A stretch of 64,000 nucleotides of DNA from a bacterium (GCA_043811375.1 JBDRNJ010000004.1:1-64000); one strand, 5' to 3'. Counted from the first letter of the stretch, positions 31,181 to 40,867 are shown. Made by a program: numbers and translations. The notes: generated by a model from the sequence alone, not told the origin.

Positions 31181-31204
31181 GTCACCCTGAGTGGAGTCGA
31201 AGGG
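31181..31204. repeat. Short intergenic REP-like element GTCACCCTGAGTGGAGTCGAAGGG
   Basis: Imperfect palindrome CCCT...AGGG. I recognise the type as a widespread intergenic repeat, but there is only one copy in this window. Confidence 0.4.
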
Positions 31205-31244
31205 CGAGTGGCATCGCCAGTGGCAAGCTACCTCAATTTTCCTT

Positions 31245-31291
31245 CGCGTAGCGGCGGGCTTTATGTCCGCCGGAATCGCCACACTTTTATT
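31245..31291 (+). repeat. GTAG-headed REP-like palindrome, copy 1
   Basis: The 28 nt CGCGTAGCGGCGGGCTTTATGTCCGCCG is identical to 38683-38710. Hairpin CGGCGGGC-TTTAT-GTCCGCCG. Confidence 0.8.
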
Positions 31292-31407
31292 TCGCGCAAT
31301 GAATGTGAGACTGAGGTGGACCGGGGGATCTATAAATCAGCCGATGGCTGCCAACAACCGAGAAATTTACTTGCTAATACTGGTGGCGATCTCTTGATTT
31401 GTCTCCC

Positions 31408-34400
31408 ATGAGTAATAGCCACAGATCGCTTGGAATCGATATCGGCTCCGTTTCGGTAAAACTGGTCCTTGTCGAAGGTCAGCAGGTTGTCAGGGAAACC
31501 TACCGACGGTTTCAAAGCGGGCCTTTTGAAACGCTTCACCAACTGTTGACCACTGAATATGCGGAGTTAGCACGGCAGCCGCTGCTCCTCGGTACCACCG
31601 GGATCGGCGGACGGACGGCACAATCCGTCCTGGGCGGCCGGTTCTATGGTGAGATCGCCGCCCTGGCGCGGGGCAACTTCCACACCGTACCACAGGTCAG
31701 GACGGTCATCGAGATGGGCGGTGAGGACTCCAAACTGCTCCTTCTGGATGGTGAACGGCGAATCGTCAATGATTTCGCCATGAACGCCCAGTGCGCCGCC
31801 GGCACCGGCTCGTTTCTCGATCAACAGGCCGGTCGCCTCAAAATCTCCATTGAAGATGAATTCGGGCGCATGGCCCTGAAATCGAAGAACCCGCCACGCA
31901 TAGCCGGGCGTTGTTCCGTATTCGCCAAGTCAGATATGATCCATCTGCAGCAGATTGCGACTCCGGACTATGATATCGTGGCCGGTCTTTGTTTTGCAGT
32001 GGCACGTAATTTCAAGAGCGCCATCGCACGCGGCAAGAATTTCCAGCAGCCAATCGCTTTTGAAGGTGGCGTGGCCGCCAATCCCGGCATGACACGCGCC
32101 TTTACCGAACTACTGAATCTGCAACCGGGCGAGTTGATAATCCCCCGTCACTATAACGTCATGGGAGCGCTGGGGGCCGCCCTGCTGGCAGAAGAAGAAA
32201 AAACTCTGATTGAGAACTTCGATCCTGAGAAGATCACCAGCTATCTCAAATACCTGACCGTCGCTGCCTCCGGTCGGGATGCTCTGTCATTCGATCACCC
32301 CGACTCCAAGCATTACAGCACCACTTTGTCACAACGTCCCGGCGACATCGACGGCCTTGAAGTATACCTGGGTATCGACGTCGGCTCGCTGTCGACCAAT
32401 GTGGTGCTGATCGATGCCGACCATCGAGTGATCGCCCGTCGCTACCTGATGACCGAAGGTCGGCCGATTGAAGCCGTTCGCCGGGGTCTCAAAGAAATTG
32501 GCGATGAAGTCGGTGATCGTGTTGTGGTAATGGCAACCGGTACTACCGGTTCCGGCCGGTACCTGACCGGTGACTTCGTGGGCGCCGACATTGTCCGTAA
32601 CGAGATTACAGCCCAGGCCACGGCAGCTATCGACATCGACCCCGAAGTTGACACCATCTTCGAAATCGGTGGCCAGGATTCCAAGTACATCTCGATCGAT
32701 AAGCGAGCAGTCGTTGATTTCGAGATGAACAAAGCCTGCGCCGCCGGCACCGGCTCATTCCTGCAGGAACAGGCCGAGAAATTAAGCATCAGGATAGAAA
32801 CCGAATTCGGTGAAAAAGCGCTGCGAGCCCAGTGCCCGGTAGGGTGCGGGGAACGCTGCACCGTCTTCATGGAATCGGACTTGGTCGCCCACCAGCGCAG
32901 CGGCGCCGGCAAAGATGACCTGGTTGCCGGGCTGGCCTACTCCATCGTCAGCAACTACCTGACTAAAGTGGTCGGCGACCGTCGGATCGGAAAGCACATC
33001 TTTTTTCAGGGTGGCGTCGCCTGGAACAAGGCCGTGGTCGCAGCCTTTGAAAAGCTCATCGGCAAAACCGTAACCGTACCGCCGCATCACGATGTGACCG
33101 GCGCTATCGGAGCAGCTATCCTGGCTCAGGAAGCGACGGCTCAGACGAACTTTGAGACAACCTTCAGGGGATTCGATCTGTATAAGCGGCGCTACCATAT
33201 CGACACCTTTACCTGCGAGGATTGCACCAACCATTGTGAAATACACAAGGTGGATGTTGAAGGTGAAGAGCCGCTGTACTATGGCTCCCGGTGTGAGAAA
33301 TACGATGTGGAGCGGCACTCCGATAAAACCCTGCCGCCCGACTATGTTAAACTGCGTCAAAAACTGCTGTTTAGAAGATATATAAAATTCCCTCGTCCGA
33401 AAAAGGTCAGGGGACGTATCGGTATCCCGCTGGCTCTGCATTTCCTGGATCACTACCCGTTCTGGCGGGCATTCCTGGAGTCGCTTGATTACCAGGTAGT
33501 CAATTCCTCTGTCTCCAATCAGCGGATTGTCGAGGAAGCGCTGGAATTGTTTGTCGCCGAGACCTGCTTCCCTATCAAAATAACCTACGGCCATATCGCC
33601 AACCTGCTGCGCAAAAAAGTGGATGCTATATTCCTGCCGGCTCTTATCAAGGTGAGTGAAGAATCGGATGACAACGAGGACGGCACCTACATCTGTCCCT
33701 ACGTGCAGAGCGTCGGGTCGGCAATAAAAACCGCTTTTGATTTTGAGAAAGCAGGAGTGAAATTCATCAATCCCCCGGTATCCCTGGGGGGCAGCGTAGC
33801 GGATATTAAGCACAAACTCAAGCAACTGGCACCCCATTTCGGACTGTCCGATCGGGAATTGAATCGAGCTGTCGAGGCCGGTCAGAAGGCGTTTGAGGCC
33901 TACAAGACCAGCCTGCGGGAAGAAGGACAGCGGATTCTTGATGACCTGGGTCCCGACGAGAAAGCAGTTGTAATCATCAGCCGACCTTACAACGGCTACG
34001 ACCGCCGACTGTCTCTGGAACTGCCGGCCAAAATACGCCGACTGGGGTTCAAGGCAATCCCGCTTGACTTTCTGCCGCTGGACAATTGCAACGGTGATTT
34101 CTCCTATATGTACTGGCGCTACGGCAAAACGATTCTAACGGCCGGCGACTATATCCGCACGCATCCCAACTTGTTTGCCGTCTATATCACATCTTTTGGT
34201 TGTGGACCGGATTCGTTTATCACCCACTTCTTCCGTAAACGGATGGCGGGCAAACCATATCTGCAACTGGAACTTGATGAGCATTCGGCCGATGCCGGGC
34301 TGATAACCAGATGTGAGGCGTTTTTCGATTCCCTGCGCTTCTATCGTTACCAGCCGCCCGTCAGCAGCTTCAACATAAGTTGCGACGATTTCAGGCCTTT

Positions 34401-35604
34401 TGAGAAGACTATCTACATCCCCAATATGTGCGATCATGCCTATGTGCTGCGAGCGGCCTTTGAGCGATTCGGACTGACGGCCAGGGTCCTCGACGAACCG
34501 GATGAAACAACGCTGGATATCGGCAAGAAATTCACCTCCGGTAAGGAATGTTTCCCCTGCGTTATAACAACCGGCGACATGATCAAGAAAATTCGCTCAT
34601 CCGACTGTGATCCCTCTCAGACGGTTTTCTTCATGCCCGGCGCCGACGGTCCCTGTCGATTCGGCCTGTACAGTCAGTTCCACCGCATTATCCTGGATGA
34701 TCTCGGCTACCAACAGACACCGATCTTCTCGCCTAACTCAAAAGATGGCTATTCCGGATTCGGTCTGGAGGGAACAGCCTTCAGAAAACTGGCATGGCAG
34801 GGAATGGTCTTCCTGGACTGCCTGGCCAAACTGCTGCACCGGGTCCGACCTTACGAGATCAACATCGGTGAGACGGAAAAAGCCTACCTGCATTTTCTGC
34901 AGAGGCTGGATCGGACATTAGTCAAAGATGAGTCCCTGAAAACCCTGGCGGAGCAAGCTGCCACTACCTTTGCGAAGATACCGACCCGGCCGGAACGCTT
35001 CCCCCTGGTAGGTGTGGTGGGCGAGATATTCCTGCGACATAACCGCTATTCCAACAACCACTTGATTGAGAAACTCGAGAAACTGGGCCTGGAAGTTTGG
35101 CTGGCCACGTTCTGCGAATGGCCCATGTACACTTCCCTGGATTATCGCCGTGATGCTTTTCTGAAGCGGAACTGGTCGGAGTTGCTGGAAAGCACGATCC
35201 AGGTATTTTCCCAGAAGCGTCAGGAGCACAAGATCGTCCATGGTTTTGAGCGACATATTGATCTCGTCCACGACTACCCGGTTGAGAAGATGATTCGTCT
35301 GGCTAACCCCTACCTGCCGATTGATTTCAAGGGTGAGGCGATACTGTCGGTGGGCAAAGCTATCGAAATGACTCAGCAGGGTTCTTCCGGAATCGTCAAC
35401 GCCATGCCTTTCAATTGCATGCCCGGCACGGTGGTCTGCTCCCTGTCAAAGAAAATCTCTGACGACCTCAATGGAGTGCCATGGCTGAACATCAGCTATG
35501 AGGGTTTACGCGATTCCGGCGAGGACACGCGGCTGGAAGCGTTTGCCGAACAGGTAAGGGCGTTTGCCCGACAGGAAGGGGCACGCTCGAAGGTCACCCG
35601 GTGA
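31408..35604 (+). CDS. CoA-substrate-specific enzyme activase fusion (two BadF/BadG/BcrA/BcrD ATPase domains, DUF2229, 2-hydroxyacyl-CoA dehydratase-like C-terminus)
   Basis: GIDIGSVS and GIDVGSLS, two copies of MNxxCAAGTGSFL, CSVF/CTVF, ETCFPIK, FGCGPDSF, GPCRFG and PFNCMPG. Confidence 0.9.
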   Translation: MSNSHRSLGIDIGSVSVKLVLVEGQQVVRETYRRFQSGPFETLHQLLTTEYAELARQPLLLGTTGIGGRTAQSVLGGRFYGEIAALARGNFHTVPQVRTVIEMGGEDSKLLLLDGERRIVNDFAMNAQCAAGTGSFLDQQAGRLKISIEDEFGRMALKSKNPPRIAGRCSVFAKSDMIHLQQIATPDYDIVAGLCFAVARNFKSAIARGKNFQQPIAFEGGVAANPGMTRAFTELLNLQPGELIIPRHYNVMGALGAALLAEEEKTLIENFDPEKITSYLKYLTVAASGRDALSFDHPDSKHYSTTLSQRPGDIDGLEVYLGIDVGSLSTNVVLIDADHRVIARRYLMTEGRPIEAVRRGLKEIGDEVGDRVVVMATGTTGSGRYLTGDFVGADIVRNEITAQATAAIDIDPEVDTIFEIGGQDSKYISIDKRAVVDFEMNKACAAGTGSFLQEQAEKLSIRIETEFGEKALRAQCPVGCGERCTVFMESDLVAHQRSGAGKDDLVAGLAYSIVSNYLTKVVGDRRIGKHIFFQGGVAWNKAVVAAFEKLIGKTVTVPPHHDVTGAIGAAILAQEATAQTNFETTFRGFDLYKRRYHIDTFTCEDCTNHCEIHKVDVEGEEPLYYGSRCEKYDVERHSDKTLPPDYVKLRQKLLFRRYIKFPRPKKVRGRIGIPLALHFLDHYPFWRAFLESLDYQVVNSSVSNQRIVEEALELFVAETCFPIKITYGHIANLLRKKVDAIFLPALIKVSEESDDNEDGTYICPYVQSVGSAIKTAFDFEKAGVKFINPPVSLGGSVADIKHKLKQLAPHFGLSDRELNRAVEAGQKAFEAYKTSLREEGQRILDDLGPDEKAVVIISRPYNGYDRRLSLELPAKIRRLGFKAIPLDFLPLDNCNGDFSYMYWRYGKTILTAGDYIRTHPNLFAVYITSFGCGPDSFITHFFRKRMAGKPYLQLELDEHSADAGLITRCEAFFDSLRFYRYQPPVSSFNISCDDFRPFEKTIYIPNMCDHAYVLRAAFERFGLTARVLDEPDETTLDIGKKFTSGKECFPCVITTGDMIKKIRSSDCDPSQTVFFMPGADGPCRFGLYSQFHRIILDDLGYQQTPIFSPNSKDGYSGFGLEGTAFRKLAWQGMVFLDCLAKLLHRVRPYEINIGETEKAYLHFLQRLDRTLVKDESLKTLAEQAATTFAKIPTRPERFPLVGVVGEIFLRHNRYSNNHLIEKLEKLGLEVWLATFCEWPMYTSLDYRRDAFLKRNWSELLESTIQVFSQKRQEHKIVHGFERHIDLVHDYPVEKMIRLANPYLPIDFKGEAILSVGKAIEMTQQGSSGIVNAMPFNCMPGTVVCSLSKKISDDLNGVPWLNISYEGLRDSGEDTRLEAFAEQVRAFARQEGARSKVTR

Positions 35605-35743
35605 CACTGACAGCTTACCCTCCGCAGACAATTTGAAAGCTTCATCCTTGTAATAACGAGCGGTAATTGTTATCTTTGGAACCGGCACAGAAATGTGCTG
35701 TTACAAGGTAAAGGAAAGATTGAGATACCAAGCGGAGGAACAA

Positions 35744-36070
35744 ATGAGCAAGCCGATTCATGTCACTGATGATACCTTCGAAGCCGAAGTGGTACAATCG
35801 GACAAAACTGTCATAGTCGATTTCTGGGCCGCCTGGTGTGGCCCCTGTAAAATGATTGCACCCATCCTGGAAGAAGTGGCCGGTGAATACGGTGACCGCG
35901 TGAAGGTTACCAAGGTGGATGTGGACGCTAATAGTGTCGTGGCCGGCAAGTTCGGCATTATGTCGATCCCTTCGTTGCTGTTCTTCAAGAACGGTGAGGA
36001 AGTTGACCGGGTCATCGGCGCCATACCCAAGGCGCAACTGACCTCTCGGCTGGAAAAAGTCCTGGGTTGA
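35744..36070 (+). CDS. trxA: Thioredoxin
   Basis: [12 protein letters not shown] and SIPSLL motifs; GGAGG RBS. Confidence 0.97.
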   Translation: MSKPIHVTDDTFEAEVVQSDKTVIVDFWAAWCGPCKMIAPILEEVAGEYGDRVKVTKVDVDANSVVAGKFGIMSIPSLLFFKNGEEVDRVIGAIPKAQLTSRLEKVLG

Positions 36071-36292
36071 ATCCGTACCGGAAGTCACCATAACCGGCTT
36101 CGGAAGTTCGGGGTGATCACAAACCGGAGACTGTTATGTCGCGGGGTCGGACGAAATGGCGGCCGCAGAATCGGTGGTACTCTACCTTTTTTTACCGGGT
36201 ACGGTCGGTATGGCAGACCTCAGACCTGTTTCAGCAGACACCGGCATACGGTTCAAATGGCTTGATTTTAAGACGAAAACCTGGGATTATGT

Positions 36293-36463
36293 ATGGGTGA
36301 GTATAGTCTGATTTGGCTGTTGGTGTTTCTGGCGGTCTGGTACCTGCTGCTGAGGAAAGTGCTGCCGCGTTTCGGAATCGGCACCTGACTGTCGAAACCA
36401 TGTGATCTTCTGGAGGAAGACAGACCGATCAAAAACAATGACGGCCCGGCCAAAGGTGAATAA
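36293..36463 (+). CDS. Candidate small single-TM selenoprotein (56 aa, in-frame TGA at 36386-36388 read as Sec)
   Basis: Translates MGEYSLIWLLVFLAVWYLLLRKVLPRFGIGT-(TGA)-LSKPCDLLEEDRPIKNNDGPAKGE-TAA. Shows a hydrophobic helix, UxxxxC and a hairpin downstream of the TGA. It fills an otherwise empty intergenic gap. Confidence 0.65.
36386..36428 (+). promoter_or_regulatory. Candidate bacterial SECIS element
   Basis: After the TGA, apical stem TCTTC/GAAGA closes the loop TGGAG, which starts 22 nt after the TGA. A lower TG/CA pairing is possible. Confidence 0.5.
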
Positions 36464-36519
36464 CTGCCGTTAGATGGTTGTACTTAAATGATTTGGGCCA
36501 ACAACCGATAATACTACCG

Positions 36520-37350
36520 ATGAGGTATTTTCGCTCCAACCGCGAGCCAGCCAGAGGTGGCGTCACTTTCGGCCCGGGTATATTACCGCCTTTTATTAAG
36601 GTGATGATAATCGCCAATGTCATCATCTTCATAATACAGAAATTCTACCCACCATTGATGCTGCACCTGGGACTGGTCCCGGCCAGATTCTTCGCTGAGT
36701 TCCCCAATCTCATCTATCAACCGCTGACCTACATGTTCCTGCACGGCAGCCTGGGACATATCTTCTTTAATATGTTTGCCCTGTGGATGTTCGGTTCCGA
36801 GATCGAACATGGCTGGGGTGCCCGGGTTTTTGGCCGTTTCTATCTTCTGGCCGGGTTGGCCGGAGCACTCTTGTGTCTGATATTTAATGCCTCACAGCCT
36901 TATCCCATCATCGGCGCCTCGGCCGCCATATACGGGATTCTGGCTGCCTACTGGGTGATGTTTCCCAATCGCAAACTCTATCTCTACTTCCTGTTCCCGG
37001 TGAAAGTAAAATGGGCCATCCCGGGCATGATGTTGCTGGGTTTCTTGTTTTCCGCCGGCAACATTGCCCACTTCGCGCACTTGGGGGGTGCTCTGTTCGG
37101 ACTTGCCTATATCAAAACCGACCGGCGCTGGAATTTTCTTTCGGGGTGGTTCAACCGGCGACATCACCGGCGGCAGGAGGTCAAACTGGACCGCAATCGG
37201 CAACAGGCAGAAGACATTATGAAACGGATTGACTCCATTCTGGACAAGATCAACGAAGTCGGCATAGAGAACATCAGTAAGAGCGATCGAAAATTCCTGG
37301 AGGAAGCTTCATCCGAACTGTCCAGAAAAGATTCAGCTAAAGGCAGGTAG
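36520..37350 (+). CDS. Rhomboid intramembrane serine protease with C-terminal DUF6576-like domain
   Basis: TYMFLHGSLGHIFFNM, GASAA (catalytic Ser), AHFAHLGG (catalytic His) and IDSILDKINEVG. Confidence 0.92.
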   Translation: MRYFRSNREPARGGVTFGPGILPPFIKVMIIANVIIFIIQKFYPPLMLHLGLVPARFFAEFPNLIYQPLTYMFLHGSLGHIFFNMFALWMFGSEIEHGWGARVFGRFYLLAGLAGALLCLIFNASQPYPIIGASAAIYGILAAYWVMFPNRKLYLYFLFPVKVKWAIPGMMLLGFLFSAGNIAHFAHLGGALFGLAYIKTDRRWNFLSGWFNRRHHRRQEVKLDRNRQQAEDIMKRIDSILDKINEVGIENISKSDRKFLEEASSELSRKDSAKGR

Positions 37351-37356
37351 AAGGCT

Positions 37357-38607
37357 ATGCGTAAGAGGGTATTGCTGGCAGAACAATCGGACGCCATACG
37401 TGGTGTGGCTGAGACGGCATTACGACAAAGTGGCTTTGAGGTGATTTCGGTGGCCACCGCAGAAAAGGCTCTGGAGGTATTGAAGTTCTCCCGACCTGAC
37501 CTGATGATTCTGGGCGGTGAGTTGCAGACCGCCGATCAGAAACCGTTGTATGAAAAGATTCGCACCAATCCGCGGGCCGGGCAGATTTCTATGCTGCTGT
37601 TTGACGACTCGGGGAGTCTGCCGTTCCCGCCGGAGTCAATCATATCGAGACCCTTTGATGCGACACAATTCCTTCAGAAAGTGATGTTGCTCGCCAGCCA
37701 GGCACCAAATACCACGGATAAGCCGGTGATCACTAACCCGCTGGAAGAAGCCAATCTCGATGATGATCTTCTCGATGCTGCCCTCGGCATTGACCAGATT
37801 GACGTTACGGCATCGGAAGTAATGGACAAGACAACCGGAACCAAAAGAAAAGAGCCGAAACCGGCCCACAAGTTTGTGGGCCTGGAACACACCGAGGGTC
37901 AGTACGGAGATGTTAAAGATAGCGGAAAAGTCGAGTCGCTGATGATACGCGATGCCGAGGCTACCGATATACGCAGCAACTCCCGGCCGGATAAGAAAAT
38001 ACTCGCTCCGTCGGCCAGCGGAAAGCTGGACATACTTTCGGATCAGTTTATGATAACTGACCCCAATGCCGTCGACCGGTCGTCGGAAGACCGGTCACAC
38101 GACTACGAATGGTTTATCGACGAGATGCGCAAGGAAGTGAGTGGTTCTTCTGAAACCTCACCCGCCGAGAAAAAACCGGATACTTCGCCGGATTTGAACT
38201 TTTCAGAACCGTCCGCTATGGTCGATCCGGTAACACCGCCGCCGGAGACTCCGGTGAAAGAAACAGCCTCTTCGATCACGGATGGTGGTGTCGACAAGTT
38301 CATCGACGATTTCAAGAAAGAGGTTGAGAAAATCCAGGAAGAGAATCCGCCCGCTGTCAACGTCCCGGCATCTGAACCTCTGAAGACCGAACCGGCACCG
38401 ATCTCGCACCGGCAGCCTGATCGCGTCCTGACTTTAGAGCCGGAACAGGTGGCAGTGTTTACACAACAACTGTGCCGTGAACTGGCCGAAAAGATCGCTG
38501 AAAAGATAGTGGCCCGTATAGATCCGGTTGCGTTGGCCGACTCACTGAAGGAGGAGATTCTCTCCTGCATCAAGCACAACTCACCGGAAGAAGCTTCCAG
38601 GTCCTGA
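37357..38607 (+). CDS. Atypical receiver-domain protein with long acidic Pro-rich linker and helical C-terminus
   Basis: KRVLLAEQS...PDLMILGGEL...SRPF receiver-like N-terminus that lacks the phospho-Asp and the Lys. Confidence 0.7.
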   Translation: MRKRVLLAEQSDAIRGVAETALRQSGFEVISVATAEKALEVLKFSRPDLMILGGELQTADQKPLYEKIRTNPRAGQISMLLFDDSGSLPFPPESIISRPFDATQFLQKVMLLASQAPNTTDKPVITNPLEEANLDDDLLDAALGIDQIDVTASEVMDKTTGTKRKEPKPAHKFVGLEHTEGQYGDVKDSGKVESLMIRDAEATDIRSNSRPDKKILAPSASGKLDILSDQFMITDPNAVDRSSEDRSHDYEWFIDEMRKEVSGSSETSPAEKKPDTSPDLNFSEPSAMVDPVTPPPETPVKETASSITDGGVDKFIDDFKKEVEKIQEENPPAVNVPASEPLKTEPAPISHRQPDRVLTLEPEQVAVFTQQLCRELAEKIAEKIVARIDPVALADSLKEEILSCIKHNSPEEASRS

Positions 38608-38617
38608 TAATTAGAGG

Positions 38618-38646
38618 TTGTCCCAAAAGTCAACATTGGGTATATT
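38618..38646 (+). promoter_or_regulatory. Putative promoter upstream of dsbD
   Basis: TTGTCC-N17-TATATT. Confidence 0.4.
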
Positions 38647-38682
38647 GAACATTGCATCTAACAGATCATCATTCGCTAAACC

Positions 38683-38760
38683 CGCGTAGCGGCGGGCTTT
38701 ATGTCCGCCGCCGGCATCGCCACTTTTATTGGCGGGAGACAAGCCCCCTCCCTGCGCGCG
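38683..38760 (+). repeat. GTAG-headed REP-like palindrome, copy 2, followed by a degenerate inverted partner
   Basis: Identical 28-nt head with 31245 and a shared ATCGCCAC...TTTTATT tail, then GGCGGGAGACAAGCCCCCTCCCTGCGCGCG. Confidence 0.8.
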
Positions 38761-38863
38761 TCAGAATAATCACCTTTTGAGACAGACTCAATTACTCTTG
38801 CCCACCCTGTCCCTAAAAGTTATTCTTGGTCATCGTAAAACTGTTGTGAATGTATAAACCCTG

Positions 38864-40798
38864 ATGTCTATGCAAATAAACGACTCATACTCGTACCGGC
38901 GGTTGCTGACGACTCTGGCTCCGGCAGCTTTTTTGGCACTGCTGGTCTGCCTGCCGGCGGCGCTGGTTGTCCCAACCGCCTGCGCTCAGATTGAATTACC
39001 TTCGCCCGGTGAAACACCGGAAGTGACGATAGTCGAAGTAACGGCGCTGTTCTCCCGCTCGTCGGCACAAATGGGCAAAACCTACGATGCCGCCGTGGTT
39101 GTCTCCGTGAAATCCGGATGGCATATCAATTCGGTCGAACCATACCAGGACTGGCTGATCCCGGCCGATCTGGCTTTTGATCCGATTACCGAATTGATAA
39201 TCGACAGTATTATTTTCCCCGACAGCTATGATGCCCTGTTGACCGGAGAGACTTTTTCAGTTTATGGCGGGCGAAGCGTAATCCGTTTTTCGGTAACTGT
39301 CGCTGCCGATGCACAACCCGGCACCTACCAGCTGCCGATCCGATTCACATACCAGGCCTGCAATGACCGCGAGTGTCGACCGCCGGAAACAATCGAGATG
39401 CAGTTATCCGTTACGGTAGGAACTGAGGGCGCTCCGGTCCACGGCGACGTTTTCGACGCTACCGTCGAAAGCCTGCCTGGAGATGTCGTCGCGGAATCGG
39501 GCACCACCGAAGAAAACTACCTGCAGAGGTTGATTACCGAGCACGGTTTCCTGGGTTACCTGATTGCCCTGGGGATCGCCTTTCTTTCGGGGCTGCTGTT
39601 GTCCTTCTCGCCGTGCACTTACCCGATGATTCCCATCACGGTCAGTATCTTCGCCGGACAGAAACGCGGCATCGGTCGCGGCTTCATGTTGTCCCTGCTG
39701 TATGTCGGTACTATGGCGGTGGTGTACGGCATCATGGGATTGATTGTCTCGCTGGTGGGAGGGGTCTTTGGCGCCTGGCTGGCCAGCACCCCGGTGGTCA
39801 TCGGTATTTCCATTATCTTTGTTATCTTTGCACTATCGATGTTTGGTCTGTACGAACTGCAGGTGCCGTCCTCCATTCGCCAGAAGCTGGGCACGGTGTC
39901 CCGGGGCGGCGGCGTGATGAGTTCGATAGTCCTGGGGTTCGTGGCGGCACTGGTGGTCTCGCCCTGCGTGGGACCATTTGTGGCCGGTATTCTGTTGTAC
40001 GTAGCCACCAGCGGATCACCGCTGGTCGGTTTTTTGGTTCTGTTTGTTTTCGCCATCGGTCTGGGGACGTTATATCTAATCATTGGAACGTTTTCGTCTG
40101 CGATCAGCAATCTGCCCGGAGCCGGCGGGTGGATGGAATCCATCAAGAAGTTCTTTGGGTTTGTCCTATTGCTGATGGCCCTCTATTTCATCCGCACCAT
40201 CATTCCACCCAACATGGTCGCGGTTCTGGCAGGCTTGCTGCTGGTCGCCTTCGGTGTCTTTGGCGGCGGCCTTGATCGATTGACACCGGAATCCGGCTTC
40301 TTCCTGCGGCTGAAGAAGCTCCTGGGTTTGCTGGCCCTGTTGATGGGGGTTTACCTGCTGACGGGTACGCTGATCCGTCAGGGTGTGATTCTGCCACCGG
40401 CATCTCAATGGTTGGCGGTCGGCGAGAACTCCGGCGCCCGGACGGAACTGATCGAGTGGGAAACTGACCTTGAGGCCGGGCTGGCCCGTGCCATGGCTGA
40501 AGGCAAACCGGTAATGATCGACACCTGGGCCACCTGGTGTGTCAACTGCCGCGTGCTGGACACCAAAACCTTCGGTAATCCCGACGTTGCCGGAGAGGCA
40601 ACCCGATTCATCTGTATCAAGGTCCAATTGGAAAAAGCCGACACACCAATATCAAAAAAATTCATGGCTCGCTTCGGTCTTAAACATTACTCGCTGCCGA
40701 CGACACTGTTACTCGATTCGCAGGGGCGGGTGCATCGCACCATCAAGGGCGTCATCGGACCTCGGGAGATGATCGCCGAGATGCGCCGGGTGTCATAG
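38864..40798 (+). CDS. dsbD: DsbD-like thiol:disulfide interchange protein
   Basis: N-terminal Ig-like domain with QACNDRECRPP, TM domain with SPCTYP and SPCVGP, C-terminal thioredoxin domain with WCVNC. Confidence 0.9.
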   Translation: MSMQINDSYSYRRLLTTLAPAAFLALLVCLPAALVVPTACAQIELPSPGETPEVTIVEVTALFSRSSAQMGKTYDAAVVVSVKSGWHINSVEPYQDWLIPADLAFDPITELIIDSIIFPDSYDALLTGETFSVYGGRSVIRFSVTVAADAQPGTYQLPIRFTYQACNDRECRPPETIEMQLSVTVGTEGAPVHGDVFDATVESLPGDVVAESGTTEENYLQRLITEHGFLGYLIALGIAFLSGLLLSFSPCTYPMIPITVSIFAGQKRGIGRGFMLSLLYVGTMAVVYGIMGLIVSLVGGVFGAWLASTPVVIGISIIFVIFALSMFGLYELQVPSSIRQKLGTVSRGGGVMSSIVLGFVAALVVSPCVGPFVAGILLYVATSGSPLVGFLVLFVFAIGLGTLYLIIGTFSSAISNLPGAGGWMESIKKFFGFVLLLMALYFIRTIIPPNMVAVLAGLLLVAFGVFGGGLDRLTPESGFFLRLKKLLGLLALLMGVYLLTGTLIRQGVILPPASQWLAVGENSGARTELIEWETDLEAGLARAMAEGKPVMIDTWATWCVNCRVLDTKTFGNPDVAGEATRFICIKVQLEKADTPISKKFMARFGLKHYSLPTTLLLDSQGRVHRTIKGVIGPREMIAEMRRVS

Positions 40799-40838
40799 GC
40801 TCCGACGGCAATTTTGGCAATTTTGTCCTTGCCCTCGC

Positions 40839-40867
40839 TTGACTGCCCCGAAGTGCAATCCTATATT
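40839..40867 (+). promoter_or_regulatory. sigma70-type promoter
   Basis: TTGACT-N17-TATATT. Confidence 0.6.

Noticed and set aside
36136..36300. 54-codon ORF with a GGAGA RBS whose stop overlaps the selenoprotein start
   Set aside because: The peptide has no protein-like composition or motif. It cannot be supported without homologs, although translational coupling is not excluded.
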